64,000 nt of DNA from Aquabacterium sp. (GCA_049840915.1 JASGJC010000059.1:32195-96194); one strand, 5' to 3'. Positions 1-11,875 are shown, counted from the first letter of the stretch. Notes: generated by a model from the sequence alone, not told the origin. Translations and numbers: made by a program.

Positions 1-2
1 TG

Positions 3-1001
3 TGGTCGCGTGGCGAAGAACTCATCAGCGAACGCTTTCCGGAGTTGCAGGCGCTGGGCGCGCTGTTGCCCGCAGACACGGTGCTGGACGGCGAGGTGCT
101 GATCTGGCGCGACGGCCAGGTGCAGCCCTTCGCGCAATTGCAGACGCGCATCGGCCGCAAGACGGTCGGCCGCAAGCTGCTGGCCGATTGCCCGGCCGTG
201 TTCATGGCCTACGACCTGCTGGAGTGGCAGGGCGAGGACGTGCGCGCCCAAGCACAAGCCGAACGCCGCGCCTTGTTGACGCGGATGGTCGCGCAACTTC
301 AGGTCGACCATCCCGATGCGCCCTTGCAGCTGTCGCCCACCATCGACGGGCTGGACTGGCCGCAACTGGCCGCCTTGCGCGAAGAGGCGCGCGCGCGTGG
401 CGTCGAAGGCTTCATGCTGAAGAACCGGGCCAGCCACTACGGCACCGGCCGCACCAAGGACGTCGGCGTGTGGTGGAAGTGGAAGATCGATCCATTGAGC
501 ATCGATGCGGTCATCCTCTACGCGCAGCGCGGCCATGGCCGGCGGGCCAATCTCTACACCGACTTCACTTTCGCCGTCTGGGACCGCGACCCCGGCCTCG
601 ACCCCCTCTCGGGCGAGCCGGCGCCACGCCAGCTCGTGCCTTTCGCCAAGGCCTATTCCGGCTTGACCGACGAAGAGATGAAAACGGTGGACCAACGCAT
701 CCGCGAGACCGTGACCGAGAAATTCGGGCCCGTGCGCGCCGTCTCGCCGACGCTCGTGGTCGAGCTCGGCTTCGAAGGCATCCAGGCGTCGCCCCGGCAC
801 AAATCGGGGCTGGCCGTGCGCTTTCCGCGCATGCTGCGGCTGCGCTGGGACAAGCCCGTCGAAGAGGCCGACAGCCTGGTCGGCTTGCGCGCGCTGCTGC
901 CGCCTTCATCGCCGCTGGCTTCGCCCGAGCTTCAAGAAGACGCGCCCTCCTCGCCTTTGTGGCGCGAGCCGCAAAGCGGGCAGCAGGACGGGCAGCCATG
1001 A
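3..1001 (+). CDS. ATP-dependent DNA ligase (ligase-associated damage-response cluster), 5'-truncated by window
   Basis: Frame open from window start ([14 protein letters not shown]); ligase motifs LDGEVL, YDLLE, EGFMLK, WKWK, RFPR; ATGA overlap with helicase. Confidence 0.93.
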   Translation, partial: WSRGEELISERFPELQALGALLPADTVLDGEVLIWRDGQVQPFAQLQTRIGRKTVGRKLLADCPAVFMAYDLLEWQGEDVRAQAQAERRALLTRMVAQLQVDHPDAPLQLSPTIDGLDWPQLAALREEARARGVEGFMLKNRASHYGTGRTKDVGVWWKWKIDPLSIDAVILYAQRGHGRRANLYTDFTFAVWDRDPGLDPLSGEPAPRQLVPFAKAYSGLTDEEMKTVDQRIRETVTEKFGPVRAVSPTLVVELGFEGIQASPRHKSGLAVRFPRMLRLRWDKPVEEADSLVGLRALLPPSSPLASPELQEDAPSSPLWREPQSGQQDGQP

Positions 1002-3514
1002 ACGCCGTGGTCCGTTCGGCCAAAACGCTCGAGCAAGTCTCGGCCGGGCAGTGGCTTGCCGAGCAAGGCTGGGCGCCCTTCCCCTTTCAACAAGCGACCT
1101 GGCAGGCCATGGCGCAAGGCCGCAGCGGCCTGCTCCATGCCACGACCGGCTCGGGCAAGACCTATGCGATCTGGCTGGGTGTGCTGCAGGCCTTGAGCGC
1201 CGTGGCCAAGCCCGCACCCGCATCGCGCCAGGCCGCGCCGCCCTTGAGCGTGCTGTGGATCACGCCCATGCGCGCGCTGGCCAACGACACTCTGGCCGCC
1301 TTGCAGGCGCCGCTGCCCCGCATGGCCCCCGCCTGGACGATCGCAGCCCGCACGGGCGACAGCAGCAGCGCCGAACGGGCCCGCCAGAACGCCCGCCTGC
1401 CCACCGCCCTGGTCACCACACCCGAAAGCCTCAGCCTCCTGCTGACACAGCCCGATGCGCGCGAACGGCTGGCCCACGTCCGCATGGTCGTGGTCGACGA
1501 ATGGCATGAGCTGCTGGGCAGCAAGCGCGGCGTGCAGGTGCAGCTGGCGCTGGCGCGTTTGCGACATTGGCAACCCGCGCTGCAGACCTGGGGCCTGTCC
1601 GCCACACTGGGCGATCTGGCACATGCCCGCGACGTGCTCACAGGGCCGCCAGGCGTGATCGTCAGCGGCCTCACGGACAAGGCCTTGAGCGTCGACACGC
1701 TGTTGCCGGCCGAGGTCGAACGCTTCCCTTGGGCGGGCCATCTCGGCTTGAGCATGCTCGATGCCGTCGTGCGCGAAGTCGATGCCTGCCGCAACACCCT
1801 GGTCTTCACGAACACCCGCTCGCAGGCCGAGCTGTGGTACCAGGCGCTGCTCGAGGCCCGCCCTGATTGGGCCGGCACCATCGCGCTGCACCACGGCTCG
1901 CTGGACAAGGCCGTGCGCGAATGGGTCGAAACGGGCTTGAAGGCGGGCAGCCTCAAGGCCGTCGTGGCCACATCCAGCCTCGACCTGGGCGTGGACTTCT
2001 CGCCGGTCGAACGGGTGCTGCAAGTGGGCTCGTGCAAGGGCATCGCGCGCCTCATGCAGCGCGCCGGGCGCAGTGGCCATGCGCCCGGCCAGGCATCGCG
2101 GCTCACGCTCGTGCCGACGCACAGCTTGGAGATCGTCGAAGCCGCGGCGGCCCGTCGGGCCTTGGCGCACGGGCAGATCGAATCCGTTCACAGCCCCGAC
2201 AAGCCTTTCGATGTGCTGATCCAGCACGTCGTGACTGTGGCGCTGGGTGGCGGCTTCGATGCCGACCAGCTCTTCGACGAGGTGCGCCATGCCCACGCCT
2301 TTCACGGCCTCACGCGCGCCGAGTGGGACTGGGTGCTGGACTTCGCCGGCCGTGGCGGCGATGCCCTCAAAGCCTACCCCGACTACCAACGCATCGAGCG
2401 CGGCGAAGACGGGCGCTACCGTGTCGTCAACGCCGCCTTGGCGCGGCGCCACCGCATGTCTGTCGGGACCATCGTCAGCGATGCCAGCATCACCGTGAGC
2501 TTCGTGCGGGGCGCCGCCCTCGGCCAGGTCGAAGAAAGCTTCATCGCGCGCATGCGGCCGGGCGATGCCTTCCTGTTCGGCGGCCGCATGCTCGAGCTGG
2601 TGCGCGTGCATGACATGACCGCGCAGGTCAAGCTGGCCAAGGGGCGCCGCGCCGTCGTGCCGCGCTGGAACGGCGGCAAGATGCCCATCTCGTCCAAACT
2701 GGCCGATGCGATGCAGGAGGTGATGGCACAGGCCGAGCGGCACATGCGCGCGACACCACAGAACACGCCGCCCGATGCCGCCGTGTCGCCGGAACTGCAT
2801 GCGGCCTGGCCCCTGCTGGCCGTGCAGCACTGCTGGTCGCAACTGCCGCGCCCCGGCACGCTGCTGATCGAGCGCATCCGCAGCCGCGACGGCCACCATC
2901 TCTTCGTCTATCCCTTCGCGGGCCGGCCCGTGCACCTGAGCCTGGCTTCGCTGTGGGCCTACCGGCTGTCGGTGACGCAGCCGCGCAGCTTCTCGATGTC
3001 CTTCAACGACTATGGCTTCGAGCTGATGAGCCGCGACGAGGTCCCCCTGCCGGAACTGCAGGCCGCGCGCGAGGCCCTGCTCCGCACCGACACGCTGCTT
3101 GAAGACGTGCTGGCCAGCATCAACGCCACGCAGCTGTCGCAACGCCGCTTCAGGGAGATCGCCCGCATCGCGGGGCTGGTGTTCATGGGCTATCCGGGAC
3201 AGTCCAAGAGCATGCGGCAGGTGCAGGCCTCCAGCAGCCTGTTCTTCGACGTCTTTCGCCAGTACGACCCGGCCAACCTGCTCCTGAGCCAGGCGCAGAG
3301 CGAGGTGCTGCGCCACGAGTTCGAGTTGCCGCATCTGGCGCGGGTGCTGGGCGACCTGGCCGCGACCGACTGGCGGATCACACAGCCCAAGCGCTTCACG
3401 CCGCTGGCCTTCCCGCTCCTGGTCGAGCGCCTGCGCGAGCAATTGAGCACGCAAAGCCTGCAAGACAGGCTCGCCCGCTTGTTGACCGAGCTGCATGCCG
3501 CAGCCGATGCGTGA
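998..3514 (+). CDS. Ligase-associated DEXH-box (Lhr-like) helicase
   Basis: ATTGSGKT Walker [26 protein letters not shown]; start MNAVV overlaps ligase stop. Confidence 0.93.
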   Translation: MNAVVRSAKTLEQVSAGQWLAEQGWAPFPFQQATWQAMAQGRSGLLHATTGSGKTYAIWLGVLQALSAVAKPAPASRQAAPPLSVLWITPMRALANDTLAALQAPLPRMAPAWTIAARTGDSSSAERARQNARLPTALVTTPESLSLLLTQPDARERLAHVRMVVVDEWHELLGSKRGVQVQLALARLRHWQPALQTWGLSATLGDLAHARDVLTGPPGVIVSGLTDKALSVDTLLPAEVERFPWAGHLGLSMLDAVVREVDACRNTLVFTNTRSQAELWYQALLEARPDWAGTIALHHGSLDKAVREWVETGLKAGSLKAVVATSSLDLGVDFSPVERVLQVGSCKGIARLMQRAGRSGHAPGQASRLTLVPTHSLEIVEAAAARRALAHGQIESVHSPDKPFDVLIQHVVTVALGGGFDADQLFDEVRHAHAFHGLTRAEWDWVLDFAGRGGDALKAYPDYQRIERGEDGRYRVVNAALARRHRMSVGTIVSDASITVSFVRGAALGQVEESFIARMRPGDAFLFGGRMLELVRVHDMTAQVKLAKGRRAVVPRWNGGKMPISSKLADAMQEVMAQAERHMRATPQNTPPDAAVSPELHAAWPLLAVQHCWSQLPRPGTLLIERIRSRDGHHLFVYPFAGRPVHLSLASLWAYRLSVTQPRSFSMSFNDYGFELMSRDEVPLPELQAAREALLRTDTLLEDVLASINATQLSQRRFREIARIAGLVFMGYPGQSKSMRQVQASSSLFFDVFRQYDPANLLLSQAQSEVLRHEFELPHLARVLGDLAATDWRITQPKRFTPLAFPLLVERLREQLSTQSLQDRLARLLTELHAAADA

Positions 3515-4299
3515 TGGATGGCCATGGCATGACAACGCCTCCCGGTGACCACGTGCTCGAATGGGCAGGCCGGCATCGCCAGCTCACCTTGCACCTGACG
3601 CCGGAGCGCGCCGCGTATTGGCCCGCCGAGCGCACCTTGTTCGTGGCCGACATGCACCTCGGCAAGGCCGCCGTGTTCCGCGCCCGAGGGCTGCCCGTGC
3701 CGCAAGGCACGACCACGGCGACGTTGGCGCGCCTGTCCGCAGTCATCGAGCGCGTCGAAGCCCGATGCCTCGTCGTGCTCGGCGACTTCCTGCACGCGAA
3801 GGAAAGCCACGCGCCCGCCACGATGCGCGCGCTGCAAGCCTGGCGCTCACGCCATGCGGATGTGGCGTGCCATGTGGTGCGCGGCAACCACGACCGGCAC
3901 GCCGGCGATGTCGCATCGGCCTTGGGCTTCACGCCCATGCGCGAGCCCTACATCCGCTCGGCGCTCATCGGCGTGCACGAGGCGCACGAAGCCTGGCCCC
4001 ATTTGATGCACGGCGATCCGCTCGACACATTGGTGCTGACGGGGCACACGCACCCCGTGGCGGAACTGCGTGGCCGTGTCGATCGCCTGCGCCTGCCTTG
4101 CTATCACCTCACACAAAACCTCAAGCAAAACCTCACACAAAACCTCTCGCAAGGCACCGCCCACGTGCTGACCCTGCCCGCGTTCGGCGCGTTCACGGGC
4201 GGCCATCCGGTGGACCTCGGTGAACCGGGCAGCAGCGTGTTCGTGATCGGCGATGGCAGCGTCCAGCCCCTGCATCTCAAGCATGCCGCGCCGCCTTGA
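3511..4299 (+). CDS. pdeM: Ligase-associated metallophosphoesterase/endonuclease PdeM
   Basis: [28 protein letters not shown] motifs; canonical position after helicase. Confidence 0.88.
   Translation: MMDGHGMTTPPGDHVLEWAGRHRQLTLHLTPERAAYWPAERTLFVADMHLGKAAVFRARGLPVPQGTTTATLARLSAVIERVEARCLVVLGDFLHAKESHAPATMRALQAWRSRHADVACHVVRGNHDRHAGDVASALGFTPMREPYIRSALIGVHEAHEAWPHLMHGDPLDTLVLTGHTHPVAELRGRVDRLRLPCYHLTQNLKQNLTQNLSQGTAHVLTLPAFGAFTGGHPVDLGEPGSSVFVIGDGSVQPLHLKHAAPP
4106..4152 (+). repeat. 4 x 12-bp in-frame tandem repeat (ACCTCACACAAA-like) in pdeM
   Basis: acctcacacaaa/acctcaagcaaa/acctcacacaaa/acctctcgcaa; encodes [15 protein letters not shown]. Confidence 0.85.
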
Positions 4300-5884
4300 T
4301 CGCATCCGCCGCCTTCTCCGCGATCATCACGGTCGGCGCATTGGTGTTGCCGCCGACCAGCAAAGGCATGATCGACGCATCGACCACGCGCAAGCCAAGC
4401 AGCCCATGCACGCGCAACCCGCTGTCGACCACGGCCATCGGGTCGTGGCCCATCTTGCAAGTGCCGACAGGGTGGTAGATGGTCTCGGCGCGATCCCGGA
4501 TGAACTGGCGGATGTCTTCGTCCGATGCCAGCGTCTGCAGCGGGATGAGGGACTTGCCCCGGTAAGGCTCGAACGCCGGCGCGGCCAATATCTTCTGGGA
4601 CAAGCGCACGCCCTTGACCATGCAGGCCATGTCGTCCGGGTGCGTCAGGTAGTTCGCCACGATGGCGGGCGCGGCCATGGGGTCGGCACTGTGCAGGCGG
4701 ATCTCGCCCACGCTCTTGGGCCGCAAGGCGCACACATGCAGCGAGTAGCCATCGCCGAACCAATAGCCCAGATCCAAGCCGTGGTTGGACAGGCGCATGG
4801 GACTGAAGTGGAACTGCAGATCGGGGATGGGTTCGTGCGGCGAACTCTTCGCGAAAGCACCGCCTTCGGCCGCGTTGCTCGTGAACATGCCTTCGCCCTT
4901 GTGCAGGTACTTGCCCAGCTCCCAAGCACCGCGCGCGAGGTTGCGAGGCGTGATGCCCATGGACACGGCCTGGATGCAGCCATGCACCTGGATGACATCC
5001 AAGTGGTCCTGCAGGTTCTTGCCCACGCCCGGCAGATCGTGCACAGGCACGATGCCATGGGCCTTCAGCTCACTTTGGTCGCCGACGCCCGACAGCATCA
5101 GCAACTGCGGGCTCTGGATCGCACCGGCTGACAGGATCACCTCGCGTGCGGCGCGCACCTGCTCGATCTTGCCTTGCCTCACGTATTCGACACCAACCGC
5201 GCGCAGGCCCTCGAAGATCACCCTGCGCGCATGCGCCCCGGTCAAGATGGTCAGGTTCTCACGGCCCTTGGCCATGCCGAGATAAGCCGCCGCCACACTC
5301 CAGCGCCGCCCATTGCGCTGCGTCACCTGGTAGATGCCCACACCTTCCTGCCGCGCGCCATTGAAGTCATCGTTGAAAGGCAGGCCGGCCTGCACGCCCG
5401 CCTGCACAAAGGCGCGTGTCAAAGGGTTGGGTGAGCGCAGCTCCGCCACGTTGAGCGGGCCACCGACGCCGTGGAAGTCGTCCTCGCCACGCTCGTGGTT
5501 CTCTGCGCGCCTGAAGTAAGGCAGCACATCCTGATAGCCCCAGCCCGCGTTGCCCAATGCGGCCCAGGCATCGTAGTCATGGGCATGCCCACGTGTGTAG
5601 CACATGGCGTTGGTCGAGCTGCTGCCACCCAACACGCGCCCTCGCGGCCAGAACAAGCGCCGGCCAGAGAGTTCGCTTTCGCCTTCGGTGCGAAAGCCCC
5701 AGTTGAGCGTCTTGCTGCGCATCATCCAGGCGATGCCCAGCGGCATGTGGATGAGCGGGTGTGTATCGGCCGGGCCCGCTTCCAGCAGGCAGACGCGGGT
5801 GTTCGGATCCTCGGTGAGGCGCGCGGCCAGCACACAGCCCGCCGAACCCGCGCCAACGATGACGTGATCGTACAAAGCGTACAA
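4277..5884 (-). CDS. GMC oxidoreductase (choline/alcohol dehydrogenase-like)
   Basis: GAGSAG FAD motif, GRVLGGSS, NLQDH, YHPVGTC, GNTNAP. Confidence 0.93.
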   Translation of the reverse strand: MYALYDHVIVGAGSAGCVLAARLTEDPNTRVCLLEAGPADTHPLIHMPLGIAWMMRSKTLNWGFRTEGESELSGRRLFWPRGRVLGGSSSTNAMCYTRGHAHDYDAWAALGNAGWGYQDVLPYFRRAENHERGEDDFHGVGGPLNVAELRSPNPLTRAFVQAGVQAGLPFNDDFNGARQEGVGIYQVTQRNGRRWSVAAAYLGMAKGRENLTILTGAHARRVIFEGLRAVGVEYVRQGKIEQVRAAREVILSAGAIQSPQLLMLSGVGDQSELKAHGIVPVHDLPGVGKNLQDHLDVIQVHGCIQAVSMGITPRNLARGAWELGKYLHKGEGMFTSNAAEGGAFAKSSPHEPIPDLQFHFSPMRLSNHGLDLGYWFGDGYSLHVCALRPKSVGEIRLHSADPMAAPAIVANYLTHPDDMACMVKGVRLSQKILAAPAFEPYRGKSLIPLQTLASDEDIRQFIRDRAETIYHPVGTCKMGHDPMAVVDSGLRVHGLLGLRVVDASIMPLLVGGNTNAPTVMIAEKAADAIKAARHA

Positions 5885-5897
5885 AGCGATGTCCTCC

Positions 5898-6170
5898 TCA
5901 GGCCTTCTGCCCGCCGCAGTTTTTCCGCGTGCCCCGGATGTTCATGAATGCCAGACACACCTGCAAGACGATCAAGGCATAGGCGTGCGACACGGCGCCC
6001 CAGATGATCCACAGCACATTGCTGAGCAAGAAGACCCAGAAGCCCGTTTTACGCCGGCCCTCCGAGCTGGAGGCCACAAGCCACCCGGCCCATACCGTGA
6101 CGACCATCGCGGGCCATTGAAGAAGATCCAGCGTCAAAGGTCGACTCCCGTCAGAGATCAAGGGACACAT
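5898..6170 (-). CDS. Small membrane protein
   Basis: Three hydrophobic segments; GFWVFLLSNVLW motif. Confidence 0.65.
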   Translation of the reverse strand: MCPLISDGSRPLTLDLLQWPAMVVTVWAGWLVASSSEGRRKTGFWVFLLSNVLWIIWGAVSHAYALIVLQVCLAFMNIRGTRKNCGGQKA

Positions 6171-6367
6171 GCCACATCGCCCGACGATGGTCCTTGTGCT
6201 TCCAGGCCTCCAAGGCTGAAAGCGGGCTCATCGCGGGCCAGGGGCCAACCGCCGTTCAGCAACCAGCGTACCCAGTCAACGCAGATGGAGATGCCGAGCC
6301 CCAAGCTTCCTGACAGGACGTAGCATGGCACGCGGACTGCCAAGGCAGAAGTGAGTCCCACTTCACT

Positions 6368-7288
6368 GTGATCGCCATGTCTATCTCTTTCGAGGACACT
6401 GCCGCATGCCCATCTCGCGCTCAGGTTTCGCCCTCCTGGGCACGTCCATTGCGCCCATGGAATCCTTTCTACGATGATTTGAACGCTTCGCGCCACAGCA
6501 GCTACATGGGCATGACCGAAGGCGGCCTGGCACATTTATTGGATGCCGGCAAAACTTGCAGCGAGTTGGAAGTGTTCACCCACCACCGCATCTCGACCCA
6601 CATCCTGGCCCACGGCTTTCCATGTGTGGTCGCCCGCTCGGTGTTGAACCGAAGAACCTACCGCATGGGTATCTACGACACCCTCGGGTCAAAGGATGCG
6701 GCGCTCGGCTTGTGCCACGATCTGTACGAGTTCTCCAATGAATTCAAGGACACCTCACAAACCCGCGCCTCGTCGGCGCAGGACAAGATCAGTTTCACCA
6801 GCTTCATCGCGACGTTCCAGCACCCCCACATCGAATCCGAACTCGCGTTCGAAGAGCTGTTGTGGCGACAACTGCAAACCATGCACTGCATTGATGCACG
6901 GCACTTCGATTGGGACGGCACGGTCAGCAAAAACCCCGGCAGTCCCGACTTCTCCTTCAGCCTGGGCGGCCGCGCTTTTTTCGTCGTGGGGCTGCATCCG
7001 CGCTCGTCGCGCCTGGCGCGCCGCACCGAAATGCCTTGCCTTGTATTCAATCCCCACAAACAGTTCGAGACCCTTCGCATCACCGGCAAATATGACGGGA
7101 TCTGCAACGCCATTCGGCAGCGCGACATCGCGCTGCAAGGCTCGACCAACCCCATGCTCAGCCACTTCGGCGAACAGGCAGAATCAAGACAATACGCTGG
7201 GCGGGCCGTGCCCTCGAATTGGCAGTGCCCATTCAATGCACAGTCCGGTCAAAATGACGCCAGACATCCAGAAACACAGCCTTCATGA
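6368..7288 (+). CDS. YqcI/YcgG-family heme-dependent N-hydroxylase (GntA/DcsA-like); start uncertain
   Basis: FPCV, FSFSLGG-AFFVVGLHP, R, FNPH-QFE, IRQRD motifs, ESRQYAGR...CPF tail. Confidence 0.8.
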   Translation: MIAMSISFEDTAACPSRAQVSPSWARPLRPWNPFYDDLNASRHSSYMGMTEGGLAHLLDAGKTCSELEVFTHHRISTHILAHGFPCVVARSVLNRRTYRMGIYDTLGSKDAALGLCHDLYEFSNEFKDTSQTRASSAQDKISFTSFIATFQHPHIESELAFEELLWRQLQTMHCIDARHFDWDGTVSKNPGSPDFSFSLGGRAFFVVGLHPRSSRLARRTEMPCLVFNPHKQFETLRITGKYDGICNAIRQRDIALQGSTNPMLSHFGEQAESRQYAGRAVPSNWQCPFNAQSGQNDARHPETQPS

Positions 7289-7911
7289 GCCTTCACGACC
7301 ATCCTGACCTGCATGCCTGCGGCGCTTGCACACGCATTCCTCCACAATCCGGCACGGCTTTTCAATTGCGCAAAGGCCAGGTGCTGCACATCATCGATCC
7401 AATGGGCGAACAGGTTGCCGACCTCTTTGCTTTCAATGCGCACGATCAGCGTTGCGCGCTGTCCTCGGGCCGCAGCCTGGACTATGCGAGCAAGATCTAC
7501 CTGAGCGCAGGCGACAAGCTCTACGCCAACGACAGCCAGGTGATGTTCACCATCCTCGAAGACACCGTTGGCAAGCACGATTTTCTGCTCACCCCCTGCA
7601 GTCAGGAAATGTTCGAGATCCTTTACCAGCATGTCGGTCATCACCCCAGTTGTTTCGGCAACCTGCGGGATGCGCTGGCGCCTTTCGGGATAAAGGGTGA
7701 GCAGATCGGTAGCACCTTCAATGTTTTCATGAACGTCAACATCCATGAAGGCGGCAGGATGTCGGTTGACGCGCCGACATCGAAGGCCGGTGACCGCATC
7801 GCACTGCGTGCCGAAATGGACTTGATCTGTGGGCTGACAGCCTGCTCCGCGGAAGGCTCCAACAACGGCACTTTCAAACCGATCGATTTCCGCATCACCG
7901 ATGAGGCCTGA
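7285..7911 (+). CDS. DUF1989 urea-carboxylase-associated family protein
   Basis: GEQVADL, HDFLLTPCS, HPSCFGNL, FNVFMN, AEMDLI-GLTACS; ATGA coupling. Confidence 0.88.
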   Translation: MSLHDHPDLHACGACTRIPPQSGTAFQLRKGQVLHIIDPMGEQVADLFAFNAHDQRCALSSGRSLDYASKIYLSAGDKLYANDSQVMFTILEDTVGKHDFLLTPCSQEMFEILYQHVGHHPSCFGNLRDALAPFGIKGEQIGSTFNVFMNVNIHEGGRMSVDAPTSKAGDRIALRAEMDLICGLTACSAEGSNNGTFKPIDFRITDEA

Positions 7912-7998
7912 CTCGGTGATGCGCCGTTGCTGAACCGAGGCTGGCCTGCATGGCGAGGCCATCGGCAGCCAGAAGACGAGAAGAAGCTCCTCTCAAAA

Positions 7999-10128
7999 CT
8001 ACATGCAAGCGCGAAGCAGCCACAGTTGAAGCGAGCGACCAGCCAGCAGTGTCTTTTCTCCACCTGCCAAACTTGGTGAGGCAGAGGCATCCTGCCGGCA
8101 GGTATCGATGAGGCCTTCCCACATGCGGCCTTCTGCCTGCGGCATCGTGAAATCGACATCCTCATGCCAAGCATTCATCAACAGCAGCAGCGTCGCATCC
8201 TCCGCATGCTTGATGATGCCACTGGCTTGTGCGCGCCCGTCGAGCACCATGCCGAAGCAGCGCATACCGCTGTCGTTCCATTGCGCTTCGGTCAACTCGC
8301 AACCTCGCGTATCCAGCCACTTCACATCCTTGACACCCAAAGCCTCGTTCCACTCGCCGGTGAAGAACCGGCTGCGACGCAGCAAGGGCATGGTGCTGCG
8401 CAAGTTCAGCAATTTCTGCACGAAACGGCGCAAAGCCTGGCCATGCTCGTCAATGCCTTCCCAGTCGATCCAGGATATGTCGTTGTCTTGACAATAAGCG
8501 TTGTTGTTGCCTTGCTGGCTGCGTCCAAACTCATCGCCTGCAACGATCATCGGCGTGCCTTGCGACAGCAACAAGGTGGCCAACAGGTTGCGCTTTTGCC
8601 GCTCACGCAGGGCCAGCACATCCGCGTCATCGGTCGGGCCTTCGGCACCACAATTCCAGGACCTGTTGTCGGAATGCCCGTCCCGGTTGTCCTCGCCGTT
8701 GGCCTCGTTGTGTTTGTCGTTGTAGCTGACGGTGTCGTGCAGCGTGAAGCCGTCGTGCGCGGCGAGGAAATTGACACTGGCCCAGGGCCTGCGCCCGCGC
8801 TGGTTGAACATGTCGCCCGATGCCGTCAAGCGCTTGGCCATCTCGGGGACACGGCCTTCCTCGCCTTTCCAGAAGGCGCGCACGGTGTCACGGAAGGTGT
8901 CGTTCCATTCGGCCCAGCCCGGCGGGAAGCGGCTGACCTGGTAGCCCCCCGGGCCACAATCCCAGGGCTCCGCCACCAGTTTGACCGATGACAACACCGG
9001 GTCTTGCCTGCAGCTGTCCAGGAACCCGCCGCCCTCATCGAAGCCGTGCGGCTCACGCGCCAGGATGGTCGCGAGGTCGAACCGAAAGCCATCGACGCGC
9101 ATCTCGCTCACCCAGTAGCGGAGGCTGTCGGTCACCATTTGCAGGACGCGCGGATTGCTCAGGTTGAGGGTGTTGCCCGTGCCGGTGTCGTTGATGTAGT
9201 AACGCGGCTGGTCCGGCATGAGTCGGTAGTAGCTCGCGTTGTCGATGCCTTTGAAGGACAGGGTCGGCCCGAGTTCATTGCCTTCAGGGGTATGGTTGTA
9301 GACCACATCCAAAATGACTTCCAAGCCCGCTTGGTGGAAGCGATCGACCATTGCCTTGAACTCGTCCAGGCTGGGCTGACTCAGGTAGCGCTGTTGCAAG
9401 GCGAAGAAGCCCAGCGTGTCGTAGCCCCAGTAGTTGCGCAGCCCCTTTTCCAGCAAATAGGGCTGGTCCACGAACATCTGGACGGGCAGCAGTTCGACCG
9501 ACGTGACCCCGAGCTCCTTGATGGAGGCGATCACGTCGTCGTGGGCAAGCCCTGCGAAGGTGCCGCGAATGGCTTCGGGTACGCGCGGGTGCTTTTGCGT
9601 GTAGCCGCGCACATGGAGCTCATAGAACACCGTTCGATCCCAAGGTACGCGAGGCGCTGTCGGCTGCTTCCATTCGAAACGCGAGTCCACGACCACGCAC
9701 TTGGGCATGTGCTTGGCGCTGTCACGCGTGTCGAAGCTCAAGTCGCCATCCGGATGGCCCACTTCGTAGCCGAACAACGCCGGCGACCATTCCACGGTGC
9801 CTGCGTGCGCCCTGGCATACGGGTCCAGCACAAGCTTGTTGGGGTTGAATCGGTGGCCGGCGTCGGGTTCATAAGGCCCATGGACACGGTATCCATAGCG
9901 CGTCCCCGGGCCCAGGCCGGGCAAGTAGCCGTGCCATACCTCGTCCGTGTATTCAGGCAAGGCGATGCGGGCGATTTCCTTGTCTCCCGCTTCATCGAAA
10001 ATACACAGCTCCACCTTGCTCGCATTCGCGCTGAACAGCGCGAAATTCACGCCATGACCGTCATAAGAAGCACCTCGCGGATAAGGTGAGCCTTCGGACA
10101 ATTGCTTGGGATCGAAGTTGTCGGACAT
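7999..10128 (-). CDS. glgX: Glycogen debranching enzyme (GH13)
   Basis: NFALFS, YELHVRG, NYWGYD, DVVYNH, DGFRFDLA, AEPWD, AHDGFTL. Confidence 0.95.
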   Translation of the reverse strand: MSDNFDPKQLSEGSPYPRGASYDGHGVNFALFSANASKVELCIFDEAGDKEIARIALPEYTDEVWHGYLPGLGPGTRYGYRVHGPYEPDAGHRFNPNKLVLDPYARAHAGTVEWSPALFGYEVGHPDGDLSFDTRDSAKHMPKCVVVDSRFEWKQPTAPRVPWDRTVFYELHVRGYTQKHPRVPEAIRGTFAGLAHDDVIASIKELGVTSVELLPVQMFVDQPYLLEKGLRNYWGYDTLGFFALQQRYLSQPSLDEFKAMVDRFHQAGLEVILDVVYNHTPEGNELGPTLSFKGIDNASYYRLMPDQPRYYINDTGTGNTLNLSNPRVLQMVTDSLRYWVSEMRVDGFRFDLATILAREPHGFDEGGGFLDSCRQDPVLSSVKLVAEPWDCGPGGYQVSRFPPGWAEWNDTFRDTVRAFWKGEEGRVPEMAKRLTASGDMFNQRGRRPWASVNFLAAHDGFTLHDTVSYNDKHNEANGEDNRDGHSDNRSWNCGAEGPTDDADVLALRERQKRNLLATLLLSQGTPMIVAGDEFGRSQQGNNNAYCQDNDISWIDWEGIDEHGQALRRFVQKLLNLRSTMPLLRRSRFFTGEWNEALGVKDVKWLDTRGCELTEAQWNDSGMRCFGMVLDGRAQASGIIKHAEDATLLLLMNAWHEDVDFTMPQAEGRMWEGLIDTCRQDASASPSLAGGEKTLLAGRSLQLWLLRACM

Positions 10129-10171
10129 AGGAAGAAAATTCAAGTGGTAAGCAGTGGGCAATGGGCGCGAC

Positions 10172-11875
10172 TCAAGCGCATGCCTGCGCATAGCCGGCCA
10201 AAAAGCTGCGGGGTTTGCCTTCTGAAAACATCAAGGTCACCGTTTCCGAATCTGCGTGCACGACCTCACCCACCCCATAGCGAGGCACCTTGGCACGCTG
10301 GCCTGGCGCAAATGCGGGCAATGGGGACGAGGCGGCGCAAACAGCTTCTTCGTCCTGAGAAATGGACACGGGCTTTTCTTGTTCTTGGCCATCTTGCCGG
10401 GCCATGCGTTCACAGCTGTCGCAAACGCCGCAAGACGCAGCCTGCTCTTCGCCATAGTGTTCCAGCAGCACCTTCCAACGGCAAAAGCCAGTCTGGGCGT
10501 AAAACACCATCCTCTCCAGTTGCGCGCGGTCATGCGCGCGGCGCTCTTCGAAAGCGCTCACCATGCGCTCGATGGCGGCAGGTTGTAGATCGGGCTTGCG
10601 TAGTCGCAGCGAGCCTTTGCGGTCCTGCGACACCACGCCTTGATCACGAAGCAGCTTCAAGGTCACCTGAACCTTGTTGTCGGAAACGGGCAGATGCGCC
10701 TGCAAGTGAGCGGCCGTCCAGGGCTTTCCGTCCGGCCCTGGATGCTGCAAGGCAGCGTACAAGTTGCGCACTTCTTCCACGCCCGGATAGCGTCCGATCA
10801 AGAAGAATTGCTGCACAGCCTTGTCCTTGTGATAGTGCAAGAGAAGGCAATCGGCTTTTTCTCCATCACGGCCCGCCCGGCCCGCCTCTTGGTAATAAGC
10901 GTCCAGGCCGCCAGGCAATTGGTAGTGAAGCACGAAGCGGGTATCGAGCTTGTCGATGCCCAGACCGAATGCGTTGGTGGCCACCATGACGCGTGCATCA
11001 CCGCGCATGAACCGGTCCTGGTTTTCGCGACGTTGCTGAGCCGCAAGCCGTCCGTGATAACAGGTCACCGATTCACCGGCAGCCGCCAAGGCGGCATGCA
11101 CGTTTTCCACGGCCTTCACGGTGGCGGCGTAGACAAGCCCGGAGCCTTGTTGCCGATTGACCCATTGCAGCGCAGCCGACAGCTTGTCTTCCTCGTTGAC
11201 GACCTGCCGCACTTGAAAGCGCAGGTTGGGACGGAAGATGCCCGTGTTGACAACGGCCATGTCCGGCAAGCCCAACTGGCCGATGATGTCCTCGATCACG
11301 TCCTGCGTGGCCGTGGCGGTCAAGGCCAAGACAGTCGGCTTGCCGAGCTTGGTCAACGATGAACCTATCTCCAGAAAGGCTGGACGGAAGTCATGCCCCC
11401 ACTGAGAAATGCAGTGCGCTTCATCGATGACGAGCAAACTCACCGGATGCACCTGCAAAGATTGCAGAAAGACCGGGTCGGCCAGACGTTCAGGGGTCGT
11501 GAAGATGAGCTTGGCAGATCCATCAGCCACCGATTGCGCCGCATCGGCCCCCTCCTGCGCCGACAATCCGCTGTGCATGCGCACCGCCTTCACGCCCATG
11601 GCTTCCAGCTTGTCGCATTGGTCCTTCATCAAGGCGATGAGAGGCGATACCACCACCGCCCTGCCCGGCAGCAACAGGGCTGGCAATTGAAAGCAAAGTG
11701 ACTTGCCGGCGCCTGTGGGCATGACCGCCAAAGTCGGTATGCCTTGCATCACCCGCGAAATGACAGCGGCCTGCCCGTCTCTCAGTTGGGAAAGGCCGAA
11801 GGTGTTTTTCAGCGCGGCGCGCAATCGCTTTTCCCAAGGACAGGGGCTTTTGGATGGAGCGTTCGCTGGAGGCAT
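10172..11875 (-). CDS. RecQ-family ATP-dependent helicase
   Basis: [38 protein letters not shown], Zn motif CRW...CGVCDSC. Confidence 0.92.
   Translation of the reverse strand: MPPANAPSKSPCPWEKRLRAALKNTFGLSQLRDGQAAVISRVMQGIPTLAVMPTGAGKSLCFQLPALLLPGRAVVVSPLIALMKDQCDKLEAMGVKAVRMHSGLSAQEGADAAQSVADGSAKLIFTTPERLADPVFLQSLQVHPVSLLVIDEAHCISQWGHDFRPAFLEIGSSLTKLGKPTVLALTATATQDVIEDIIGQLGLPDMAVVNTGIFRPNLRFQVRQVVNEEDKLSAALQWVNRQQGSGLVYAATVKAVENVHAALAAAGESVTCYHGRLAAQQRRENQDRFMRGDARVMVATNAFGLGIDKLDTRFVLHYQLPGGLDAYYQEAGRAGRDGEKADCLLLHYHKDKAVQQFFLIGRYPGVEEVRNLYAALQHPGPDGKPWTAAHLQAHLPVSDNKVQVTLKLLRDQGVVSQDRKGSLRLRKPDLQPAAIERMVSAFEERRAHDRAQLERMVFYAQTGFCRWKVLLEHYGEEQAASCGVCDSCERMARQDGQEQEKPVSISQDEEAVCAASSPLPAFAPGQRAKVPRYGVGEVVHADSETVTLMFSEGKPRSFLAGYAQACA

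Noticed and set aside
2-997. 1170-aa ORF as a helicase with a long N-terminal extension
   Set aside because: The first ~330 codons are the off-frame shadow of the ligase; the true start is 998
932-3535. Long antisense ORFs (also 22427-24088, 42432-43715, 48298-49665, 56253-57428, 58198-59757)
   Set aside because: Mirror frames of high-GC genes with no motifs
6158-6535. Membrane-protein gene or guanidine riboswitch upstream of the YqcI gene
   Set aside because: Only a weak hydrophobic patch; no riboswitch consensus recognised
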